Source of the DNA: the human T2T-CHM13v2.0 reference genome, Homo sapiens
Strand: one strand, 5' to 3'
Length of the DNA: 64,000 bases
Assembly (NCBI RefSeq): GCF_009914755.1
Contig: NC_060928.1
The notes under the pieces are model-generated. The model was not told the origin of the DNA. It ran no database searches and was given only the letters and a program-made list of their open reading frames with translations. This document shows positions 53,250-64,000 of this stretch, one piece after another. How positions within the stretch are numbered: position 1 is the first letter of the stretch; every line of letters begins with the position of its first letter. A program made the translations under genes and the position numbers.

Positions 53250-53480
53250 ACAGAATGTGTAGCTGAGATCAGGATTCTGCTGTTGGGTTGTCTGGGTAGA
53301 ATCTTAGATCCACCTCTCACTTTCTGTGTGACCTTTGGTCAATTATTTGAACTCTCTGTTTTGGATTCCTTAACTTTAAAATGGGAGTATTAATATGACT
53401 ACCTTTGAGTATAGCTAGGATGGTTAAAAGGCATATAATACTGTATACATAAAATGCTTGGAGCAGCAGCTAATAAACCC
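53250..53480 (+). mobile_element. MIR fragment
   Basis: 'ctgtgtgacctttggtcaattatttgaactctctgtttt...taaaatgggagtattaata'. Confidence 0.7.
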
Positions 53481-53500
53481 TACTGCTAAAAGGATATTTA

Positions 53501-53925
<425 letters not shown>

Positions 53926-54199
53926 GAAATGACATACTATTTCAGACTTGGATATAAGTTGATATCCTCCCTCTGATATTATCATGTAACCTCCAATGTT
54001 AAGTGCTACATTAATAAAAATGTACATACTCATTTAATTTCTCTGGAGGAGACAGATCAACAATTCATATCCCTGTTTTTTATATGAGAATATTGAAAGG
54101 GAAGGCAATATGATAATTTGCAATTCAAGTAATTTTGTGGTTCCTTGCCTCCTACTTCTTAGAAAAATACTTAAATACTATCAGAGCAGAACCCCTTCT

Positions 54200-54980
54200 G
54201 ATGTCCCATCATGAATTGTAAAAGCCCGAGTTTGCACCTTCCTGCTCCATCTTCCATCCCTATTCATCAGAAGTGTTTCTTCTCCACGTGGCTAATTCCT
54301 CCTTCTTGATTCTGGTCCTGTTTCTTCCCGCCTTCTCCATTACTCAGTTTTATTGCATTGATAGCCTCTACTATATTTACATCCACTCTCCACTGGCTCC
54401 TTCCCATCATTATTTTAAATTTTTTAAGCCAAAAATAAACAAAATTATTTTTTATTTTAAGAGACCTGCTCTTCCAGTTATTCCTCTGGCTCTCCCCTCA
54501 CCTACAAGAATAAACTAATTTCACCAAATTATCTGTGTGTGCCAGCTACCTGTTCTCATCTTCAGCTAAAAAGTCCTTATCACATTGCAATTGAGCTTTT
54601 ACTCCAATTATCTTCTGCCAGTGACCTTGTAAATAACAAACGCCCTTCATGTGCTAAATCCTCTTAACATATTGTATATCATACAGTGCTTGATTTCTTG
54701 GGATCATTTTATGTTGTTCGGCACTCTTAACCTTCAAAAATGCTTTCTTCCCAGGACACCACTTTGACCGTTTTCTTCCTTCACCACCTGCCAGTTCTTC
54801 TCAATATCTTCATTAGGACACATTCACATTGTTTTAAAATTAGATCTTTGTATATATTTCCTTTCTGATTTGCCTCAGTCATTTGAGAGTAGAAATCACA
54901 CCTTGTTCTTCTTTGTATCTCCAAAGACATTACAATGTTAAATTGACGATGAAGCAATGAACAAAAGAATGCCTGAATGA
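54200..54980 (+). mobile_element. LINE-2 fragments
   Basis: Pyrimidine-rich L2-like sequence ending 'cttgttcttctttgtatctcca...aatgaacaaaagaatgcctgaatga'. Confidence 0.5.
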
Positions 54981-55089
54981 TGTCCTAGAAAGAAGTTTAT
55001 GCATTTCAGGCTGTCAAAAATAATGCCATCAGGATAAACATTTTAAAAGGTATGGATTAACTCTAAATGTCATTTCATGTAATAAGGTT

Positions 55090-55550
55090 TGTCTTACTCC
55101 ATTTCGTGTTGCTGTACCTGAGACAAGGTAACGTATTAAGAAAAGGCTTATTTGGCTCACTGTTCTGGAGGCGTGGAGGTCCAAGAAGCATGGAGCTAAT
55201 GTTTGGTCAGCTCCTGGTGAGGACCTCACACTGCACCACAACATGGAGAGGTGGAAGCAGACACAGAAGCAGGTGCGCAAAACGGGCAAGACACCAGAGG
55301 CAACCTAGATCAATAACAACCTACCCTCTCATGAATGGATCCATTCCTGCAAGAGCTAATCTAGTCTTCAAGAGTGAGAACTCATTACCAATACCATAGC
55401 GTCAAGCTGCCTGTGAGGGTGGAGCTCCCGACATGACCTTACCCACACAACTCCCTTAGTCCCCACCTCCTCGAAGTTTCACCTTCCAACATTGCTGCAC
55501 TGAGAATTAAGGTCCAACATGAATTTTGGTAGGGCCACTCAAACCATACC
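55090..55550 (-). mobile_element. MSTC/MSTD-like MaLR LTR
   Basis: 'tgtcttactccatttcgtgttgctg...ttatttggctcactgttctggagg...ccaacatgaattttgg...tcaaaccata'. Confidence 0.8.
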
Positions 55551-55934
55551 CAAAGGATTAGGTATCAAGAGTAAAATTAGCTAATTTTGTAGGTAAAATA
55601 ATGTGATGCAGATTAATTTAGTAAATATAAGGATATGACATCATGCAAGTGAATAAGTTAATCAAATAATAATTTATGTTTATCCCTTTGTTTCCGTTTT
55701 CTTAATGCATCCTTAACTGGTAAAATCTGTGACTCCTATCCACCTTTATTTTACTTAGAAGCAAACATTTAGCTCCTATCATAATTTATAAATTAAACCT
55801 GTTACTAGGAAGCCCATGGACGACCATTCAATGAATACTGGTTGAAACTGTGAAGTTCTGAGCCAGCTGTTGTGAAGGAAGTAAAAACAATGAGAGATCA
55901 GTGTTGTCTTTGTCCTCAAAGCATCATATAGTCA

Positions 55935-57172
55935 TGAGGGGACTTCAAAAAGTTTGTGGAAAAATAAAAGAAAAAGATAAAAAATAAAACTTTTTATTTA
56001 TCAACATAAGCTTCATAAAGTTCAAGACACTTTTGTAAGCAATGCTACCAGCCATTTAGTTCATCCCTAAAGAACTGAGGGTCCTTGCAATTTAAGGATG
56101 TCAATGTGGTCTTTTATACATTAGTAACTGAAGAAAAATGAGTGTTCTTTAAATACTTTTTATGATTAGGAAACAAAAAGAAACCAGAAGCAGCCAAATC
56201 AGGACTGTAAGGAGGATGTGTAATGATTTTGCATTGAAACTCTCACAAAATTGCCCTTGTTTGATGAGAGTAATTGAGCAGCAGCATTGTTGTTGTGGAG
56301 AAGCACTCTGTGGTGAAGCCTTCCTGGGCATTTTTCTGCTAGAGCTTTGGCTAACTTTCTCAATACTCTCTCACAACAAGCAGATGTTATTGTTCTTTGC
56401 CTCTGCAGAAATTCAACAAGCAAGCTGCCTTGTCTGCTTTTGCTCTACTTCCACCTCTTGTAGCCATTGCTTTGATTGTGCTTTGTCTTCAGGATTGTAG
56501 TGGTAAGGCCAAGCTTCCCCTCCTGTTATGATTCTTTGAAGAAATGCTTCAGGCTCTTCATCCCACTTGTTCAAAATTTCCATTGCAAGCTTTACTCTCG
56601 TCTTCAGCTGATCTGTTCACATTGGTTTTGGTATGCATCAAGTAGAAAGGTTCTTCAACCGTAAATTTTTTAATCATAATTGTGTAAGTTGAACCAGTGG
56701 AGGAGTCTATGGTGTTGGCTATTGTTTTTGCTGTTGATCATCAATCTTCTTCAATTAGAGAACAAACAAGATGAATTTTTTCCTCACAAATTGATGTGGA
56801 TGGTTTTCTGCTGCAGACTTCATCTTCACCACCATTTCATCCTTTCTTAAAAGAACTTTTCTGTTTGTAAACTGCTGATTTCTTTGGGGCATTGTCTTCA
56901 TAAACTTTTATAAAGCATCAATGACTTTACTGTTATTTCACCCTAGCATCACTATAAATTTGATGCTTATTCTTGCTTAAATTTTAGCAGAATTTATGTT
57001 GCTCTGATACGGACTCTGTTCAAATTCATATCTTATCCTTCATAGTTCCTCATACTAGATTCTGTTCAGACACGTTATAAGAAGTTAGTGTGAGTTCATT
57101 TTGGTGCAAAACATTTTTGAAATCCATGCATAGTTTTATTCATAATGTACATGAACTTTTGAAGACTCCTCA
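55935..57172 (-). mobile_element. HSMAR2 mariner DNA transposon, near full length, defective transposase
   Basis: TIRs 'tgaggggacttcaaaaagtt' / 'aacttttgaagactcctca' followed by TA; minus-strand peptide VLRKLAKALAEKCPGRLHHRVLLHNNNA matches Hsmar2 ...LHHDNA motif; N-terminal DNAPKKSAVYK recognisable. Confidence 0.92.
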
Positions 57173-57597
57173 TATGTTCCAAGAATTATGAAAGCAGATA
57201 GACAGTGATAAATACCACTCCAGAGTTTAAAGGTAAAATGGTAGGAGGTTGGCAGTGATAAAAAGGCTCCATAAGGTAGACGACATTACTTAAATGTAGT
57301 TTAAATAATCCTAAACTAAATTATGTATTAAAATCTAAATTGAATACAGCACAGATATACAAGGGAAAAATTAGGATCCAAACTTTAAAGTGAAAATGGA
57401 TTTAAACATTTTTAGTTCAATTCTTGGTCAGTTAAAAGTGTCCCTAAAATACCCTTTAGAATAGGCACGAAATGGTCCACTGATGACTTCATTTTTCACT
57501 TTAGACAATTAAACGTAATCTTAGTTTTCAAGAGCTATTATATTTCATTTTAAAAATTACTAAGTTGATGTGTTATCTATGAACTATAATTTACTAC

Positions 57598-57735
57598 AAA
57601 TGTTTTTCTGCATATTAAAATTAGTATTCCTATACTCAAGTATCACATTGTTTATATTGTCCAAAAATAAAATGTTTTTCTGCAAATTAAAATTAGTATT
57701 GCTGTACTCAAGTATCACATCGTTTATATTGTCCA
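57598..57735. repeat. 72-bp direct tandem duplication
   Basis: aaatgtttttctgca(t/a)attaaaattagtatt(c/g)ct(a/g)tactcaagtatcacat(t/c)gtttatattgtcca at 57598 and 57670. Confidence 0.93.
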
Positions 57736-59789
57736 CTTGAACGTTTGGACATCAACCTTATACTGAAATGATTTCTTTATATGTCTGTCCCCTCCACCAG
57801 TTGCTGAGCTCTTGGTTCTGCAACCTGGATTTTCATGTTTAGAATTTATATAACTCTTTTAAATGCTTTGCACATATTATACACTCACTAAATATTTACT
57901 GAACTGAACTGTTAAAATGCTTTGGAAAATACAGTGATGAAATGCAGTGGTTAAAATGTGCTGGTAAAAAAAACTCATTCAAATTTAAAAACTAATACAT
58001 GGTTTTGTAGTAAAACTTATTTATAAATTGGGGATTTTCTGGATTACAGGAAGTACAAAATGCAGCTGTTATTTCAAGTTTCATATAGTATCAGAATTGG
58101 AGAACTCTATATTCACTTAAGTCATTTTTATATGAAAAAGTAGTTTCTGAAAATATCTTCTAAACAAACTTTAGACAATATTTAAAAGTATCCCTAAACA
58201 GACTCAGAATGTTTGTGCCTCTGTTCTAAGAGTCTGTTTCAGATCAATACACATTTTATTGTGTATTTATGCACCAGGTACTGAGGTAGACCCTGGGGAT
58301 ACATTGGTGAGTGATACACAGAACCTAACCTCATAATAGGTGGAGATACCGTCTTTTGACTGCACTCATGTGTTAGCCATTATTTCCATGAGAACATTCA
58401 GCCCTTGAGCTGAAGAACAGAAGCCAGGCTACCCTTTTGACTGGGAGGAATTTGGTATCCAAACTCCTGTGTTTTTCTGTCTCCATAAACCTCTTCCCTT
58501 CCCCTGAAATTGCTTCTCTAGAATGAATGATTCATGAAGATTTGGTAAATGCTTTATCAAGCTTACCAAAATAAATTATATAAGGACAGTTGAGGAATGC
58601 TACTTGAAGAGTGATTTATCATTTTTATTTATTCCCATATAATTCACATCATGTACTGCAAATATCTGAATGTGATTTTCTTGTTCTGGATTTTTGTAAT
58701 TATTTACCGTACGTATATAGGTAATTTCATTTCTTCTTAATTCTTATGTTCTTAGATTTCCATCAATCTTCTCTCATTTTTCTTACCAACAGAAGTATTT
58801 GGCAGTATCTGAAGTTAGGATATGAAACAGTATTTAAGAGAGATGTGTGAAACTCACTTCCTGTTCTTGGTTAGAAGCACCTGCACACCTTGGGCAACAC
58901 AGTTATCACAGCTTCAGGGATGCCACGCCATATGCTTTAAATTTTTCCCACACTTGAGACCCAGCCCAAACTACTATTTGTACTGCTAGATGCTTAAAAA
59001 TAGCATATGATACAATGTAGTACCTCATAGTTTCCATCAAACGTTGCAATCAGTGTTCAACCAGAAATAAACCACATTTGTTAAATGAACGAAGTTGACC
59101 TGGTTAATATCATTGGTCTGAGGGCTGCATTCTACTAAAGCAGAAATGTAAAGGTTTAAAGACCAGTTGTTTTTTGTCTGCATGAATCTAAATAAATGTA
59201 TTGGTCTAATTAGCTTCACTTTTGACTCAGGAATTGAGCCTACTACTGCACTGTTGGTTTTAAGTCTTCCTCTGAAAAGGGCGTGCAATGTCACCGCAGA
59301 TCACCCCAGCTCCCTCCCTATCCTTTTCTCCAGCCTTGGTGCTGATTCTTGGCAGAAGGAAAATTCTTTTTCTGTGAAATTGAATTTCACACCCCCCACC
59401 TCATTTTCTTTCCATCCTCAGCAGCTACTCTACAGCAAGGTTTGGTCATGTCATATCTTCCCAATGTTCTCGGTGACTCCTGCTCTGTTTCCACACAGTG
59501 TTTTCCATCCCCCTCCCCCGACCCCCAAAATGGTGACCTCTCTTTTTCCCATTTACTTATTCAAACACAATGAGCACCTCCTTGAATCAGGCATTGTGCT
59601 GGGCAGTGGAATGGATTTGTGAATAGGGTCACACAGCCTGCTCCCTGGAGCCTTCATTACGCTGGGTACCCCCATGAACAGTGCAAACAATCATGGAGAA
59701 AGGAGTGGCAAAAAGGGATACCATCGTGGAATGGAGAAATTCAGAAAGGATTCTAACAAGAGAAACATTTGAGCTCAAAAGACTTCAAG

Positions 59790-59955
59790 GAGTAGTTTTC
59801 ATATTTGAATGTGCTTCACGTGGGCCTTATTAAAAATACAGATCCCTGGGTCCTGCCATTAGATATTCTGATTTGTAAAGTGTGATGCAGGGTTTATAAA
59901 TCTTCATCTTTAACCACTGGTTAAGATATTAACTGGTCCAGGTTGTTTTGATGCT
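59790..59955. mobile_element. MER5-type hAT DNA transposon remnant
   Basis: 'cttattaaaaatacagatccctgggtcc...atattctgatttg...ccaggttgttttgatgc'. Confidence 0.55.
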
Positions 59956-60519
59956 AGAATTTTATGGATCGAACAGTGATCACTACTGTCTTACTGGTGG
60001 CTGAAGTATAAAAGGACGAAAAGGAGTAGGCACCCTTACAACCGGCAGGATGAGGGTGGGTGAGCAGGAGGAGTGAGGATAAGAAACGAACAAGGTAGAA
60101 TTTCTGATAGAAAAGACAGCAGTTGGTTGTTAGAGGATGCATCTTCTTTGTCTAACTGGAATTTTTCTTTTGTTCTGGACTTATCTAAATAACAACAACA
60201 ACAACAAATGTTAAACTTAAAATTAAAAACAAGCGCAAATAAATTTTATTCTTATATCCTTGCTTTCAAGCTGCTACTTAAGACAAAATGCTCTGGATTT
60301 CTTTATTGCACACAATATGAAATGAAATTCTAGAAATGACTCTTTTTTTAATAGATCCTATAAGACTTAAAGTGCATAGGACCTTGGTTTTACTCTTCTC
60401 TTTGTATCTGCTGAATATGATGGAAAAGCTACAGCACTGTCAACATAATCTTCAATCTCAAATTCAGATTACCACCTGAATTGACCACACCATGATTATG
60501 TGAAACTAAATGAATGAAT

Positions 60520-60900
60520 CTGTTAGGATATTTTCAGCTGTAGCAGAAACCCCAGTCAGATTCTGATAAACAGCATGGAAATGCATTCTCTCAGTTGAAG
60601 GTAGGACAAGATCCAGGCCTGAGTGTCTCAACAGCTCACTGTAGTCATTGGAGACCCAGGTCCTGGCTTCTGCTCTGTCAGTCTCAGAGGGTCACCTTTA
60701 CCCTCAGCCTCAAGCCCTCATGGCTACAGGACGGCTGTGCAATCACCTGGCCCTGTCCAGAGGAAGCGTCTCTTTTTCAAGAAGGAGAAACTTTTCTCAG
60801 AAGCCCTACAGTAGAATTTCTTCATGCTTCATTGGCCAGAATTGGGTCATAGTACCATTCATAAAGTCAGGATTGACAAGGAGGATAATACTGATTTTGT
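60520..60900 (-). mobile_element. Old MaLR LTR (MLT1J/K-like)
   Basis: 'tgttaggatattttcagctgtagcagaaacccc...cattggccagaattgggtcat'. Confidence 0.55.
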
Positions 60901-62199
60901 GAATTGGCTTATGTCCTCTGTCACAGAATGGTTATTTGTAAGTCAATCACACTGGCCATCCTAATGAGAGTTTCTCTGTGATGAAAAGGAAGTTTCTATT
61001 ATTTTTAAAAAGTAATTAAATAAAGCATTAGAAAAAATGCCCATTGAAAAGCATCCAACGCTATCCCAAGTTCCAAAAGCATGCATATATTCATTAGTTA
61101 GTATTAGAAAATAATTTTGTATGTTATCATCTTTAACACTCTAAACTTAGTAAGCAACTTCCTGTAGCTGATGCAGACATCCAAAATGCAAGTTAGCTTA
61201 AATGGTTTGCACACTGTATTAATCTGAAAAAAATGGAGGAGCTGAAATTAAACACAATGATTGCCCCTTTAGCTAGACTTTGGTAATTTCAAATGTTACT
61301 TCATGGGCATATCATTAAATTAAATTACACTGAATTCAACAGAATGAAAATTTTAGCATCTTTTCCTTGGGTATCTGTCTTTACTGTAATGAATCATTTG
61401 TATATGTTGTTTTATTACAGCCACAAAAGAAATCATGTATTAATAGGAAGAAAGAAGCAGGTTATTACCTGCCACTGGAACAAAGTTATCACTTCTGGTT
61501 GCCATAGTAAGTCATATTGTGACGTTTTAAAAAAACTTCCAGCCGAATATTGTCCCCAGAAGCCTTTCAACATATATTGTTAAGATACAGGATGCTTAAT
61601 AATGGCTTAGATTTATGGGATGTTGCTTTTAATAAACTTCATCCTAAACCATTGCTGACTTTTTGTACTTCAGATATTTCTGACATTTGAATGTATTTTT
61701 CAAAATAAAAGTTTTAAGATCCTTCCTGCTTTGTATTTCCTTAATGCTTCTTTGCCTGCCTTAGTTTACTGTGCTTTGATTGTAGAATCTGACCAGCCTG
61801 GCTTCGAACCCCAACATAAAGAAGTTAAATAAAACTCTGAAGACATTTGACTCCTTTATGTTATATTTTTCCAGCCTAAAAATATAGCATAGAAACTTTG
61901 TGATTAAAGTAATATATATGCCTAGCATACAGTAGCTTGATAAATCATAGTGATGGCTATTGAAATACATTGTATTTTCAGTGTCTTGAAAAATGGCTAA
62001 TACAGATTCATCACTCAACAAGTACTTATTAAATGAATAAACACAACATCTACTTTGTGTGTGTGTAAAAGAGCGAGATGGAGTTTAAAAATTTAGTATT
62101 TAGATGGATTATTTATTTATAATACTAATAAGCTAAACAACTTCTAAAGTTTGTCCCCAATCTGATCTTTCCCTTCTTTAGGGCCAGGATAGCTTCCTA

Positions 62200-64000
62200 T
62201 CTAACAGGTCAAAGATTGTTGAGTGTTACAAAATATTCAACTGAACAATGACAATATAAATACAATCAATTAAATAGTGGTACTGAAAAACTTCCAAAAA
62301 TATCAGGGATTTGCATATTTAAGAGAATGATTTTGAGAACTGGATAAACCAAATGGAAATAAGCGCGTAATAGAGAAAAGAAACGATGTCCAAATATGGT
62401 TATTTGAATAGATCGAGAAAAGTGATAAAACCCTAGCTTACTAGGTCAAGAAAGAGAGGAGAAAACGCAAATTACCAATATCAGAAATACGAGAGGCATT
62501 ATCCCTGCACTATCTCACAAACGTTAAAACAATAATATGAGACTATAATAAGGAGCTGCATGCTGAAGGAAGAAAGGAAAGAAGGAAAAAAGGAAGGAAG
62601 AAAAGACATAAAGACCAGAAAGAAGTAAGCTATTTTGATTTGTGGATGACATGATTGTTCACACAGAAAATCCTAAGAAACCTACAAAATAACTAGTAAA
62701 TGTAATAAGCTAATTGAGCATAGTTCTGAGTTAGGCTTATGTTTAAGCAGTCAATGATACTTTTATATAAAGCAATAAACAATTGGAAAATTAAAGCTTT
62801 AAAATACCATTCACAATACCACCAAAAAACATAATTCTTACAAGTTCTTTCAGCAAAAAGTGGGCAATATCTTTACAGAAATCTACAAGACATTGCCAAA
62901 AGAAACCAAAATAATATCTAAATAAACTGTAGGACACAAAGTGTTCTTGGATCATAACACACAATAATAATACGTTAACTATCCCCAATTAATTTTAAAT
63001 TTAATGGAATCCTAAATATAATCCTAGCAGACATTTCTGTAGAAATCTACAATTTTACTTTTGAATTTACAGGTAATGCAAATGAGCAAAAACAATAAAG
63101 CCAAAAAAACCAGAGTGAGAGGACTCATACCATGTGATTCCTAGACTTACAGAACTATTACCATCATCAAGTCACTTGGTGCCAGCGTTCAATCAACAAA
63201 TGATACACAATTGTAAGAACAAATTAGACTCCAATCATCTTATTTTACACAAAGGTAATTGGGAAATAAATTTTTTTTTCAACAGAGGGTGCTAAAATAA
63301 ATATCCACATAGAAAAAATAATATGTGTAACCTCTATTTAACACTATACCCAAAACTTAGTTTAAACTAGTTAATTGATACAAATAAATGAGGAAACTAA
63401 AACTATACAGCTTTAAGAGAAAAAATAAAAATAAGTTTTTTTCTCTTTGACAATTATTTCTCATGGTACAGAATTAAATAATAGTGACAATTGATGCAGT
63501 CCATTAAAATGAAAGAATTTCTGTTCATAAAAACTCCATCATTGAAAAAAATGGACAAAGAATGCACTTGGAACAAATATTGACAAAACAATCCTTAACA
63601 AAGAGCTGAAATCTTGATAAATCCAATACTTATAAAGAATTTCTATAACTAATAATAAAAGCTAAAATAACCTCCTATGAAAAATCTTAGCAGTCATTTC
63701 AAGGAAAGATTATAAATGACCAATATCTACATGAAATGTGCTCAGTATCACTTGTATCCAGGGAAATGTAAATTAAAACCTCTAGCAGATATAGAAGAAA
63801 TAGAAAAAAATGATAAAATCTAACATGGGCAAGGGTGGAGTGCAATGGGAATGTTCATATGTTGTTGGTGAAACTGGAAAATGGTAGAACTGGTTTGCAA
63901 AAAAAGTTGTATTAAACAGCCAAAATTGTACTTATAACCCCACAATTCTAATTCTAGATATTTCCCTAATAGAAATAAAAATGTCTACAAATACTTACAT
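62200..64000 (+). mobile_element. Old LINE-1 (L1M-type) ORF2 fragment
   Basis: 'caaattaccaatatcagaaat', 'gatgacatgattgttcacacagaaaatcctaaga', 'ggaaatgtaaattaaaacc'; runs off the window end. Confidence 0.85.

Noticed and set aside
59167-59622. 151-aa plus-strand ORF
   Set aside because: Non-ATG start, F/S/P-biased from pyrimidine-rich DNA, 3' end runs into L2-like sequence.

Overview
Primate (human-like; AluY and MER11 present) AT-rich genomic DNA, largely interspersed repeats: old L1/L2 fragments, 7 Alus, about a dozen solo LTRs (MaLR, ERV1, ERVK, ERVL), one near-full-length HSMAR2 mariner, microsatellites and two minisatellites. I recognise no intact protein-coding gene, tRNA, rRNA or CRISPR array, and most ORFs in the supplied track come from repeats or chance. 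The main signal is in the unique DNA between the repeats: about 20 plus-strand segments bounded by splice acceptor/donor motifs that translate into protein-like sequence with only sparse stops (each one C>T step from CGA/CAA/CAG) and that join in compatible intron phases, ending in a 168-codon terminal-type exon at 50048-50553. I read this as a decayed, unprocessed (possibly unitary) pseudogene of a large protein I cannot name, spanning at least ~8.4-50.6 kb. Secondary finds: a two-Alu composite bracketed by one TSD (candidate Alu 3' transduction), several template-switch-like inverted micro-rearrangements, and a CpG-dense CTCF-like micro-element. Repeat subfamily calls come from remembered consensus motifs and boundaries are approximate; no database search was run.
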